NCBI GenBank assembly: GCA_050124795.1
Contig: JASFEO010000006.1
Coordinates: forward strand, 19,597-43,596
Length of the DNA: 24,000 nucleotides
Source: Candidatus Pacearchaeota archaeon
GTDB taxonomy: Archaea; Nanobdellota; Nanobdellia; Pacearchaeales; GW2011-AR1
Direction: 5' to 3'
Shown here: positions 14,327-23,323 of the stretch, in pieces
Numbering within the stretch: the stretch's first letter is position 1
How the letters are laid out: every line of letters begins with the position of its first letter
The notes under the pieces: model-generated
What the model was told of the DNA's origin: nothing
Seen by the model: the letters and a program-made list of their open reading frames with translations, nothing else
The model's database searches: none
Translations under genes and position numbers: made by a program

Positions 14327-17300
14327 CTAGAACCACTTTTCAATACTTTCCTGTTTTTCAAGTTCTTTGCCAAAAATAGAATCAATATATCTTTTTGTTA
14401 ATTCCAAATTTTGTTTCATATAATTTGACAAATTATATTTCTCTGCCAGATTAATTGCAATTTCCAAATATTTTTTTATTCCCCCTTCATGAATTGTAAA
14501 AATAATTTTTCCCCCGCACTTTGGACAAATTCCCTTTAAAGGAGGCCGCCTCATAATTTCATTGCAAGCCACACACCTAAAACCCTGCATTGAAAACTTT
14601 CTTAAATTACCCTTCATATCTCGCAAAAAATGCCTCTCAATCATAAGCCTCGCAGTATCACTTGCATCAACTGCCCGAATTTTCTCAACCAAAGCCATCT
14701 GGTGCTCAACCTTTTCCTGCATTGTCCCCAAAGATTTATACGCTGAGCAAATAACCCCGTTATTAAAATCAGTTGTGTCATGAGTATAACCTAAATTAAC
14801 AAAAGGATTCTTTCCACACCTCATGATATCTTTGCACGTCGTGATATTCTTAACTTCTGAGGAGTGCGCACCTTTTTCAGCTAATTCATATAATTCAATT
14901 GTATAAGTTTTATTTTCAATAAATTCAAAATCCAAAATCTGGTCATCAACTTCTCCTGCATCAATCTTTGCATTTAAAACTAAAGGCGCATCTTGTGTTC
15001 CGCCTCGGTGGCTTGGCAAAAACTTTCTGGAAAAATTTAATAAAACATCTCCTAAAAGCATAACTGCTAATTCATCTCCATCACAATCACGCCTGATAGC
15101 TGCATGCATATAAGGACTTGCATAAAGACCCAAAGAATTTGAAAAACCAATAAACCTGCAAATAACACCTGCGCAATTATGCGGCGCCATGCAAACACCA
15201 AGCTTTCCAACCAAGTCATCCTTGGTTTTAAGATTATAAAAAGAATCCAATCCATAAAAACGAGTGAGTTCATCATCAACAAAATTCGAAACATTTGTAA
15301 ATACATCATCTGCTCTTTCATCCAAAGTCTCAGGAGAACTTGGCAAAAGAACATCATGCGGCATTAATTCCAAAATCTGCTCTTCATTAGTTAATTCCCT
15401 TCCTTCAATATCTTCAGTATATCCAAGTTCTTTTAATTTAAGAACTCCAACCCCAATTTCTTTTGGCTTAAAAGAAACCAAAGGCAATTCAGTTGCATCA
15501 AAGCGAATTGTCCCATCCTTGTTTACCTGCAAATTATGTTTTGCCCTTAAAATCCCCTTAGCCAAATTCTCCATTGTGTGTCCTTCTGAAGAAGTTCCCC
15601 TAACACCTTTAATTAAAAGCGGCAGCATTTCATTAGTAAAATTAATTTTTTCCTTAGCCTTTTTAAAATAATGATTTATATCAATTGACTGAAAACAAGA
15701 ATCCATTCCCTCTCTCTCACTTGACTCATTTCTCTTTTCAAATGATTTTTCTTTTGTATCTGTAAAATAAAATTTCTTTCTTGTTTTTGCCTCACAAATT
15801 TCACAAACTGGATAAATAGTTTCCTTGTCGCACTTCTCACAATAATAAAGTGGAAACTGACTTTTAACACAACCAACTTCCATTGCAGCCTGAACACTCC
15901 TTAATCTTCCTCCCTGAGAAGAAACAGGAAATAAAACATTCGGACTTCCTGTTAATTTTCTTAATTTTGCTTTTTCAGGACGACCCATTCTCGTTCCAAT
16001 AAAATCTCCGGACTTATCTTTAATTTCAAAGAAAGACAAACTATCAACAATTTCTAAAACATCCTCACTCTCAATTAACTTCATTTTTTCAACTTCTTCT
16101 TTTAATAAAAATTCTTCTTTTTCTAAAATCCATAAATCAATTCCCAAATTAACAAATAATGCTTTTGAATTTTTTTCATTTATCACAACATTCTCAATTG
16201 TAACTTCATGCTCCATTCCAATTAATTCAAGTGCTCTTTTTCCAAGGCTGAATTTTTCTTCCTCAGTTTTATTAAACGGCAAAATAATTTTTCCTCCTCG
16301 AACAATTGAATTTCCTAACCAATTAATTAAGCCTAAAAATTTTTCATGATTTATTTCCTTCCAATAAAAAATAAATTCAGGATAAAAAGGGATTTTATAT
16401 TTTTCACTAAATAAAATTGCGTCATCAATTAATACATTAAAAAAATCCTCAATTTTTTCTCCTGCTTTTTCTAAATCTAATTTCCACCATTCTTCAACAT
16501 ACCCTGATTTTAGCAAACCAGCATTTCTATTTATAACGTCGCTAAAAGGAAATAAAATATCTCCCAAATAAATTATTTCTTCAACATCTTTGTAAAGTTC
16601 CTTTGCTTCATCTTTTGTTTTTAATTTTCTTACACTTCCATTTTTGAGTTTTACAATCGGCCCGTCGATAAAGTCACACACAGTTGTAACACACCCCTTA
16701 GTTGGCTTTTCAATTTTTAACTGTGTTCCAATAGCAATAAAAGAATCAGTAATTGCCATTGTCGCAGGATGCAAACTAACTGCACTAAAGCCATTTACTC
16801 TTCCTCGCCCATATCTAAATCTAAAACCTCCGGACCTCGAGGGATGACCATAAACAGGTCTGCCTGCAACCAAATCCTTAATATAAGTTGGAACAGCATC
16901 TCCTATTTTTTTTCCTTTGGCACTTGTTAGTTTTTCATGAAGTTCTAAATATTCACTTAAAAAATCAAAACCAGTTGCATTAATTCCATTTTTCTTAGCA
17001 CCATTAAGAAGTCGAAAACCTTTTGCAGCTTTTTGAGCCAGGCCTTCAGAAAAAATTAAACACATCCCCCCCCGAATATTATTTGTCTCAACTCTATCCA
17101 AATTCTTATAATTTGATACTTCAAGTTTTTCTGTTGGTTCTCCTGCAATTTGAATTGGAAGGTGTTTTGCTAAAAATTCCATCTCCTCTTCCAAAGGAAA
17201 ATATTGCAAATTCGTAACCCTCTCATGATAATCAGTATTCTCAGTAACATATCTTTTCACTTCTTCATCATTTGGGTCATATTTTGCATATCCAAATAAT

Positions 17301-17809
17301 TCCCGTAAATAATCAATTAACATTAGAACAATACAAGAAGCAGTTGTTCCTGCTGAACGAATTGGTCCTGAAAAATAAGCCTTAAAATATTCTTTGCCGT
17401 CGCGGGTTTTTTCAATTTTTAATTCTGTATATCCTTCAATTGGACTTGCAACAACTGCAATAGTCTGATATGCAAAACCAACCCTTATCCCTGCATCAAT
17501 TGCCTCATGCAAACTTGCAAACTTGCAAAACTTTTGCTTTGCCACTTCTTCTGCAATTTTAAAAGTAACAGTCGTATCAAGCTTTCCATACTTTTTTTCA
17601 AGTTCAATAATTCTTTTATCAACCCCTGAATCCAAAAGCTGAGGATAAAGAACAGAAATTAAACCAACAACTTTTTCAGCCATACTCATTGCAAGAGGAA
17701 TCTCAACTTTTTCCGAAGGATCATATCCTAAAGCTCTGGCTTCATTCATAACCTTGTAAACTTTTTTTACATCTTTTTCTAAATCCTTAAAATATTTTTG
17801 AGTTTCCAT
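14327..17809 (-). CDS. polC: DNA polymerase II (PolD) large catalytic subunit DP2
   Basis: 1160 aa, the typical intein-free DP2 length. It has the acidic catalytic motif RRDCDGDE and Cys4 clusters CEKCDKETIYPVCEICEAK and CVACNEIMRRPPLKGICPKCGGK. It also has GTRMGRPEKA and a C-terminal PIP box. It is syntenic with DP1 and cdc6. Confidence 0.95.
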   Translation of the reverse strand: METQKYFKDLEKDVKKVYKVMNEARALGYDPSEKVEIPLAMSMAEKVVGLISVLYPQLLDSGVDKRIIELEKKYGKLDTTVTFKIAEEVAKQKFCKFASLHEAIDAGIRVGFAYQTIAVVASPIEGYTELKIEKTRDGKEYFKAYFSGPIRSAGTTASCIVLMLIDYLRELFGYAKYDPNDEEVKRYVTENTDYHERVTNLQYFPLEEEMEFLAKHLPIQIAGEPTEKLEVSNYKNLDRVETNNIRGGMCLIFSEGLAQKAAKGFRLLNGAKKNGINATGFDFLSEYLELHEKLTSAKGKKIGDAVPTYIKDLVAGRPVYGHPSRSGGFRFRYGRGRVNGFSAVSLHPATMAITDSFIAIGTQLKIEKPTKGCVTTVCDFIDGPIVKLKNGSVRKLKTKDEAKELYKDVEEIIYLGDILFPFSDVINRNAGLLKSGYVEEWWKLDLEKAGEKIEDFFNVLIDDAILFSEKYKIPFYPEFIFYWKEINHEKFLGLINWLGNSIVRGGKIILPFNKTEEEKFSLGKRALELIGMEHEVTIENVVINEKNSKALFVNLGIDLWILEKEEFLLKEEVEKMKLIESEDVLEIVDSLSFFEIKDKSGDFIGTRMGRPEKAKLRKLTGSPNVLFPVSSQGGRLRSVQAAMEVGCVKSQFPLYYCEKCDKETIYPVCEICEAKTRKKFYFTDTKEKSFEKRNESSEREGMDSCFQSIDINHYFKKAKEKINFTNEMLPLLIKGVRGTSSEGHTMENLAKGILRAKHNLQVNKDGTIRFDATELPLVSFKPKEIGVGVLKLKELGYTEDIEGRELTNEEQILELMPHDVLLPSSPETLDERADDVFTNVSNFVDDELTRFYGLDSFYNLKTKDDLVGKLGVCMAPHNCAGVICRFIGFSNSLGLYASPYMHAAIRRDCDGDELAVMLLGDVLLNFSRKFLPSHRGGTQDAPLVLNAKIDAGEVDDQILDFEFIENKTYTIELYELAEKGAHSSEVKNITTCKDIMRCGKNPFVNLGYTHDTTDFNNGVICSAYKSLGTMQEKVEHQMALVEKIRAVDASDTARLMIERHFLRDMKGNLRKFSMQGFRCVACNEIMRRPPLKGICPKCGGKIIFTIHEGGIKKYLEIAINLAEKYNLSNYMKQNLELTKRYIDSIFGKELEKQESIEKWF
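14330..14353 (-). other. C-terminal PCNA-interacting peptide (PIP box) QESIEKWF of DP2
   Basis: The last eight codons before TAG read Q-E-S-I-E-K-W-F. This matches Q-x-x-[ILM]-x-x-[FYW]-[FYW] exactly. Confidence 0.7.
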
Positions 17810-17810
17810 T

Positions 17811-18779
17811 TTATTTTGGGGTTATTTTTATTTTCCTAACAAGTTTGGATTTTTCTTCCTGCTTACCAATAATCTCTGCATATTCATCAGATAAACAACT
17901 TAACCTTTCATAAGAACCATTAACTGAAACCTCGGGATCAACATACCTAAACTTTTTCTTTAATCCAATTCCATTTTCAGTTTCGTAAATATCAGAACCA
18001 TTTTTTAAAATTTTCAATTGATTTAAAATATCTTTATCATTTGAATTTCTTAAAATATTTAAAACATAATTATCAGTTTTATAAAAATCTTCAAAAGAAA
18101 TAATTTTTTTTTCTAAACCTTTTTTTAATAATTCAGATAAAAGATAATATCTTGTTCTTGCTTCATCACTTGCCAAGGAATTTTCCTGAAGATTTGAATA
18201 TTCTTTAAAAAAAATCTCTGCGATATTTTTATTTTTAAAAACTATTTGATTGCTTTTAACAAAAAGATTATTAAAAATTAATTTTGGGTTTTTAGAACCC
18301 TTATTATAAAACAGTTCTCTCAAAGAATAATCAATTCTATCTGCACACAAACTTGGAGCCTCTTTTTCTAACAAAAGAAAATTTTCTAACTTAGAAATGT
18401 ATTCAAAAGAAAAATTATATCTGTTTAAAATTTCGGGAATTTCAGAATTTTTAATCACCTCTAAATGATTATTATCCTGGTAATCTTCTTTAATTGGGTC
18501 TCCAAAAATCCAATCAATCACATGCGAAAAAGCAGTATGGGAAACATCATGAAGTAATCCTGAAATCTGTTCATCTAAATCAGATCCTAATTTTCTTAAT
18601 AAAAGAAAAACTCCTAATGAATGCTCAAATCTCGAAAATCCTTTTTTGTAGTAATATTCATCAGGCATACCTAATTGAGAAATTCCTTTCAATCTTTGAA
18701 TAGATTTTGAATTAATTAATTCAATTAAAACTGGCTCATCAATTTTTTCTTTTCCATAAATACTATCTATAATTTCCAT
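17811..18779 (-). CDS. HD-domain metal-dependent phosphohydrolase (COG1078-like, SAMHD1/dNTP triphosphohydrolase superfamily)
   Basis: The H...HD...D set is present: RFEHSLGV, GLLHDVSHTAFSH, CADRIDYSLRE. The N-terminus has D.IYG...QRLKGISQLG, typical of this family. The stop lies 1 nt from the DP2 ATG, and the start overlaps the upstream HAD gene by 17 nt. Confidence 0.75.
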   Translation of the reverse strand: MEIIDSIYGKEKIDEPVLIELINSKSIQRLKGISQLGMPDEYYYKKGFSRFEHSLGVFLLLRKLGSDLDEQISGLLHDVSHTAFSHVIDWIFGDPIKEDYQDNNHLEVIKNSEIPEILNRYNFSFEYISKLENFLLLEKEAPSLCADRIDYSLRELFYNKGSKNPKLIFNNLFVKSNQIVFKNKNIAEIFFKEYSNLQENSLASDEARTRYYLLSELLKKGLEKKIISFEDFYKTDNYVLNILRNSNDKDILNQLKILKNGSDIYETENGIGLKKKFRYVDPEVSVNGSYERLSCLSDEYAEIIGKQEEKSKLVRKIKITPK

Positions 18780-19383
18780 TTTTAAAAATATCCTCCTGCA
18801 CTTCTAACAAATTATTAACAGGAATTATCTTTTTTTCTTGTCTTCCATTTGCCCACAAATATTTATTCCAGGGTCTTTTTGGAAAATAACATTTAATTCC
18901 TGAATCAGAACATTCAGAAATAGTCTCTCCTCTATCATCAGTTAAATATTGAACATTATTTTCTAAGCAAAAATTTAATTTTGAATGATTGCTGCAAGTT
19001 TTATTGCCATTGCAAATAACTTTTTTTATCTCAGGAAAATATTCTTCAACAAATTCTTCAGTTTCTTTTTGTAAAAAAACAGGTCTTGCAGTAATTAAAA
19101 TTTGATATTTTACTTTTGATAAATTCTTAACAACACTTTGCGCTTCAGGATAAGGCCTTAAATTTTCAAAGTCCTGAGATTTATAAAAACAATTAAGCAT
19201 CTCCAAAAATTCTCCCCTTAAAATTTTAAAAACTTCCCAAGGGAAAAAATTAGTAAAATCTTCAAATTTACAATTAGTCCCAAAAACACGATTTCCATAA
19301 ACAACTAATCCCTTCTCAAAAGTAGGAATAAGGGTATCATCCAAATCCCATGCTAAAACTTCTAAATCACTTTTTATTCCCAT
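18763..19383 (-). CDS. HAD-superfamily hydrolase, 5'(3')-deoxyribonucleotidase (NT5C-like) family candidate
   Basis: HAD motif I is WDLDDTLIPTF, motif II ILITARP and motif IV YLTDDR. The C-terminus has KRPWN. It is a paralogue-like match to the ORF at 21085-21666. Confidence 0.6.
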   Translation of the reverse strand: MGIKSDLEVLAWDLDDTLIPTFEKGLVVYGNRVFGTNCKFEDFTNFFPWEVFKILRGEFLEMLNCFYKSQDFENLRPYPEAQSVVKNLSKVKYQILITARPVFLQKETEEFVEEYFPEIKKVICNGNKTCSNHSKLNFCLENNVQYLTDDRGETISECSDSGIKCYFPKRPWNKYLWANGRQEKKIIPVNNLLEVQEDIFKNGNYR

Positions 19384-19465
19384 TTTAAAAAAAAACCTTT
19401 CTCCTTTTTATTGATTTATATTTTCTAACAATAGTTTTCTAATTTCTATTTAATAATTTCAAACA

Positions 19466-21088
19466 TCATACTTCAATCTTTTCCTCTTCTTCAAAATCTA
19501 AAATCTTAATAGATCTGGTTTTCAAATTTACCATTGGAACCTTACAGTGATCAGGCGTGTTTCCAAACTTTTCCTGATAAGGAGTCATTGCTTCCCAGCA
19601 TGAAGTTGAAACTAATAAAATATTATTATAATATGTCACTGCACTTTTATGGGTATGAGCAGAAACTAAAATATCCGGAATATTAGAAATTAAATGATAA
19701 TCAGTATCAACAGAGGGAAAATATTGAACAGATGCATGAGTCGGTGCCAGATGCCTTTGCCTAAGTAGATACTTCATAATTTCTTCAGGAGAATTTGCTG
19801 CCTTCATTTTCATGAGCCTTGCAACATTATTCACATAATAAAAATAAGAAAACCCATGATAAATTAAAACATTAAAACCATTAAAATTTTTATTAAGTCC
19901 AATTTTTACTTCACTTGGATTTGGAACCAAAATTACATTGTCAAGTTCATAAAGCGGCCATGCATATTTTTCATCAAAAATAGGCTGCGGCTCCATTAAC
20001 CTAACACCCTCATGATTTCCAGGAGAAATAATTATTTTTATATCAGATCTTATTTTTCTAAAAAGTTCTGCAACCTGCAAATATTGTTCTTCCAAATCCA
20101 TTACTTTTAAATCATTTTCCTGATTAGGATAATTTCCAACCCCGGTAATAATGTCTCCTGCAACAATTAAATATTTTATTTTCTCAACTTCTTCTTTTGT
20201 TCCTGCAACTTTGCCATTTAAATAATCAATAAATTTCAAAAAACTTTTTTCCAAAAACCTCTTGCTTCCATAATGCAAATCTCCAATAAACAAAGCATAT
20301 TCCTCTTTTGGCGACTTTTTTCTCGTCAATAAAATTGCCTCTGGAAAAATAACCTCATTTGCAAAAAGAATTTCACGATTTCCAGAACCCTTAAAACCAA
20401 CAATACTATCAAGTGCAATTTCCTCTGCCTTTTCATAAATTTCTTTTTTATCTTTATTAATTAAAACCCGAATTGTTCCTGTCAAATCCTCAATATCTAA
20501 AATTATATTTTTATTTTTAGTAACTCTTTTCTCACTAACTAAACCAATTACTGAAACCCTGCTTCTATCATTTAAAATTTTATTTATTGAAACTAAATTA
20601 TCTAATTCACTATGCTCCTGCAAAATTTCTCTCATTTTATTAAACCTGTTTCTAAAATATTTTACAAAATCAATAACTTCAAGTTTTTTTCCAGGCGTCG
20701 GATTTTGAAAACTAACTTCCACATTCTCATTTATTTTTTCTGTTTTAATTTTTTCAGAATTTTTAACAAAAGAATTTTTTGAATTATCAAAATTATCAAT
20801 AATTTCAGACTCATGAGAAATTTCAATACTAAGACCCAAATTAATTTTCAGTTTTTCTAATTTTTTTTGATTCTCCCTCGGCAAATCCATAAAAAACTTA
20901 TTCACTATCGCGCGATTTTTCTGAAAAACATTTTTTGTAATAATTTTCTGATTAGTATGACTTCTTATTTTTTCCAAAATAATTTTCACAGCCTCTGCGT
21001 CATTAGTCTCACTAAATAAATTCAATACTTCACTATCTAATAAAAATCCTTTTTCAAAACAAAATTTCAAAATTTCCTGAGTATTCAT
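19466..21088 (-). CDS. polB: DNA polymerase II (PolD) small subunit DP1 (Mre11-like phosphoesterase/proofreading exonuclease)
   Basis: Calcineurin-like phosphoesterase motifs are present in order: FIGDLHYGS, VAGDI, PGNHEG, YHGFS, SAHTHK. An OB-fold-like segment precedes them (VSVIGLVSEKRV...ILDIEDLTGTIRVLI). 540 aa. The start overlaps the upstream HAD stop (ATGA at 21085-21088). Confidence 0.9.
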   Translation of the reverse strand: MNTQEILKFCFEKGFLLDSEVLNLFSETNDAEAVKIILEKIRSHTNQKIITKNVFQKNRAIVNKFFMDLPRENQKKLEKLKINLGLSIEISHESEIIDNFDNSKNSFVKNSEKIKTEKINENVEVSFQNPTPGKKLEVIDFVKYFRNRFNKMREILQEHSELDNLVSINKILNDRSRVSVIGLVSEKRVTKNKNIILDIEDLTGTIRVLINKDKKEIYEKAEEIALDSIVGFKGSGNREILFANEVIFPEAILLTRKKSPKEEYALFIGDLHYGSKRFLEKSFLKFIDYLNGKVAGTKEEVEKIKYLIVAGDIITGVGNYPNQENDLKVMDLEEQYLQVAELFRKIRSDIKIIISPGNHEGVRLMEPQPIFDEKYAWPLYELDNVILVPNPSEVKIGLNKNFNGFNVLIYHGFSYFYYVNNVARLMKMKAANSPEEIMKYLLRQRHLAPTHASVQYFPSVDTDYHLISNIPDILVSAHTHKSAVTYYNNILLVSTSCWEAMTPYQEKFGNTPDHCKVPMVNLKTRSIKILDFEEEEKIEV

Positions 21089-21666
21089 TTTAATTTATCA
21101 ATTATTTCATTCCAATTTTTAACTCTTGTAATATTTTCATGTTCGCAATTTTGATTCCAAGGTTTATCTAGTAAAAAAACTTTAATTCCTTTTTCTGCGC
21201 AATTATAAGAAAAAAATTTATTATCTTCTATAAGAACATCTACACCAATTTCACTGCAAATTTCATCTTTCGTTTTTCTTCCTGAATAAATATCTCCTGA
21301 AAAATAAACTTCATAAGGTTTATTTAAAAAATATTTTTTTAAAAATTCTTTAGTTATTTCTTCATTTGAAACCCTTCTGGAAGTAATAAAAAAAATTTTA
21401 TGTAAAAAAAATAATTTATTCAAAATTTCTTCAACACCTTCAATTAATTTCATTTTTTTAAAATAATTTGTTTTATGAAATTCTCCCAAAATTTCAATAA
21501 CATCTTCACAAGTATGACCAAAAGGTTCTCTTAAATAAATATCTTCAATATCCTCAACATTAAACTCTTTTCCAAATCTGAATTTATAAAAATCCAAATA
21601 ACTATTAATAAAATCAGCTACAGTATCATCAATATCAATTCCAATTTTTAATTTTTCTTTTTTCAT
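21085..21666 (-). CDS. HAD-superfamily hydrolase, 5'(3')-deoxyribonucleotidase (NT5C-like) family candidate
   Basis: Motif I is IGIDIDDTVADF (very like the NT5C D-x-D-x-[TV]-L-A-D-F start), motif II FFITSRR and motif IV VLIEDN. The C-terminus has LLDKPWNQ. 193 aa. Confidence 0.65.
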   Translation of the reverse strand: MKKEKLKIGIDIDDTVADFINSYLDFYKFRFGKEFNVEDIEDIYLREPFGHTCEDVIEILGEFHKTNYFKKMKLIEGVEEILNKLFFLHKIFFITSRRVSNEEITKEFLKKYFLNKPYEVYFSGDIYSGRKTKDEICSEIGVDVLIEDNKFFSYNCAEKGIKVFLLDKPWNQNCEHENITRVKNWNEIIDKLK

Positions 21667-21701
21667 TTTAAAAATTTAATCTTTCAATTACTAAATCTAA
21701 T

Positions 21702-22934
21702 TTAATAATTAACCACTTCACTAATAATTTCCTTTGCCTTGTCAATAATATTTTTTGTTATTGCAAGTTTTATTTCTCTCATTCTTCCACCCCTGCCTTT
21801 TGAAATAACCCTCACATTAATAATTCCCAGCATATCAAACTCCTGGATAATATCACTAACCCTTCTCTGAGTCAAAACCTCAACATGATTTTTCATGCAA
21901 ACATCCTGATAAAAATTATAAACATCTCCAGTAAAAATAGGTTCATTCCCTTGTTTTTCAGACAAAGTTATAATCGAAGACAAAACAAACTGAAACTGTT
22001 TAGGTTCACTTCTGATAACATCCAAAATCTTATCTTTTTCCATTTTCTCATTTGCTAAATCAATATGACGAAGTAAAATTTTTTTTGAAGAATCCCTTTC
22101 AGCAAGTTCCCCTGAAATCCTCAATAAATCAAGAGCCCGCCTTGCATCACCATGTTCCCTTGCAGCATATGCAGCGCATTTTGCAATAACACCCTCCTCA
22201 ACAACATTCTCTTCAAAAGCATCACAAGACCTTTTATTTAAAATTTCCTGCAGCTGCAAAGCATTATAAGGTGAAAAAACAACCTCTTCCTCAGAAAGTG
22301 AACTTCTTACTCTTGGATCAACCCCATCCAAAAAAGTCAAATCATTACTTATCCCAACAACACAAATCTGGGTTTTTGCTAATTCTGAATTAAGACGAGT
22401 TAAATTATATAAAAAATCACTTGAAATTTTCTTAACAGTCTGGTCAATTTCATCTAAAACCAAAACCAAAAGCTGCTTTTCGGAATCAATTAATTCAATA
22501 AACTTGCTGTAAACCGCCTCAGTGGGCAGGCCAGTCGCAGGAATATTCCCATTAAGTTTTTTTATAAGTTCAGCCAAAATCCTGTATTCAGTATCAGAAA
22601 TTTTTTTTAACTTGCAATTTAAATAAATAATTTTTAATTTATGAGGAGAATCCTCACCAACCCTCTTTAAAAGTTCATCTTTAACATAATTAATTGAAAG
22701 AGTTTTTCCAGTCCCGGTCTTTCCATATAAAAATAAATTGCTTGTTCTCTCACCCCTTAAAACCGGCGCTAAAATAGATGCAATCTGCTTTATCTGCTCC
22801 CCACGATGAAGAATATTATCCAAATCATTTGGCTGATAATTTGCCTGCAAAACTTCTTTTTTCCTAAACAAACTTTTACTATTACTAACAGAATCAAAAA
22901 TTTCATTTAAACTTTCTATTTGTGTTTTTGTCAT
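21702..22934 (-). CDS. cdc6: Orc1/Cdc6 replication initiator (AAA+ plus C-terminal winged helix)
   Basis: Walker A is LYGKTGTGKT and Walker B is LVLVLDEID. It has sensor-like GDARRALDLLR and a C-terminal wH-like region (RVSDIIQEFDMLGII...GRGGRMREI). 410 aa, directly adjacent to the ORB repeats. Confidence 0.92.
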   Translation of the reverse strand: MTKTQIESLNEIFDSVSNSKSLFRKKEVLQANYQPNDLDNILHRGEQIKQIASILAPVLRGERTSNLFLYGKTGTGKTLSINYVKDELLKRVGEDSPHKLKIIYLNCKLKKISDTEYRILAELIKKLNGNIPATGLPTEAVYSKFIELIDSEKQLLVLVLDEIDQTVKKISSDFLYNLTRLNSELAKTQICVVGISNDLTFLDGVDPRVRSSLSEEEVVFSPYNALQLQEILNKRSCDAFEENVVEEGVIAKCAAYAAREHGDARRALDLLRISGELAERDSSKKILLRHIDLANEKMEKDKILDVIRSEPKQFQFVLSSIITLSEKQGNEPIFTGDVYNFYQDVCMKNHVEVLTQRRVSDIIQEFDMLGIINVRVISKGRGGRMREIKLAITKNIIDKAKEIISEVVNY

Positions 22935-22964
22935 TTCCCTTTTTTAAAATAAATAAATTATTCT

Positions 22965-22994
22965 ACCCCTCCCAGCATGATTTCTTATGGAAAA
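22965..22994 (-). repeat. ORB1: core plus G-string
   Basis: The minus strand reads TTTTCCATAAGAAATCATGCTGGGAGGGGT. The core TTTCCATAAGAAAT (22980-22993) is followed by the G-string GGGAGGGGT (22965-22973). It abuts the cdc6 promoter. Confidence 0.7.
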
Positions 22995-23077
22995 TAAAGT
23001 TTATTTTTATTTTTCGTTGAGAAAAATATAATTTATTATATAAATGATTATAACTACTAAAAAAGAAAAACACCTAT

Positions 23078-23093
23078 ATTTCTTGTGGAAAAA
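23078..23093 (-). repeat. ORB2: mini-ORB without a clear G-string
   Basis: The plus strand reads ATTTCTTGTGGAAAAA, differing from the ORB1 core at one position (A to G). It contains GTGGAAA, as in the TCCAGTGGAAA mini-ORB consensus I recall from Pyrococcus and Sulfolobus. Confidence 0.6.
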
Positions 23094-23095
23094 TG

Positions 23096-23294
23096 AAAAT
23101 TCTAATTAAAATATTTAAAAACATAAAAAAGAATGAAAAAAATCTTATTTTTTATAATAATATAAATAAAATAAACTTCTAATAAAGTATTTTTATATTT
23201 ATTTAATATAAAATAATTAATCTATATACTATATAATATAAATTTTTTTAAATAAATAATAAATAATAAAAACTTAAATTTTTATTTTTAAATG
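23096..23294. other. Candidate duplex unwinding element (DUE)
   Basis: About 200 bp of almost pure A/T lie between ORB2 and the inverted ORB3, for example tatatactatataatataaa and aaataaataataaataataaaa. There is no credible ORF. Confidence 0.6.
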
Positions 23295-23323
23295 TTTCCA
23301 TAAGAAATTAAAGGGTCAGGGTG
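23295..23323 (+). repeat. ORB3: inverted copy of ORB1 with a G-rich tail
   Basis: The plus strand reads TTTCCATAAGAAATTAAAGGGTCAGGGTG. The 14-nt core (23295-23308) is the exact reverse complement of 22980-22993 and is followed by GGG..GGG. Confidence 0.7.

Larger units (their letters stand above)
22965..23323. other. Chromosomal replication origin (oriC): ORB elements in inverted orientation flanking an A/T-only unwinding region
   Basis: See the ORB and DUE features below. It lies in the noncoding gap next to orc1/cdc6, the canonical archaeal oriC position. Confidence 0.75.

Noticed and set aside
11166-18703. Overlapping ORFs inside the AAA ATPase, PolD DP2 and HD genes, and the 13644-13856 (+) ORF antisense to the 188-aa gene (11166-11363, 11360-11710, 14562-14783, 15067-15357, 15179-15367, 15264-15671, 15676-15897, 16644-16847, 17023-17217, 18494-18703)
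   Set aside because: The host ORFs have unambiguous conserved motifs. The overlapping ORFs are antisense or out of frame, short and compositionally biased.
14327-22934. Inteins or frameshifts in PolD or Cdc6
   Set aside because: DP2 (1160 aa), DP1 (540 aa) and Cdc6 (410 aa) are uninterrupted, of typical intein-free lengths, and show no Cys/Ser...HN splice-junction blocks.
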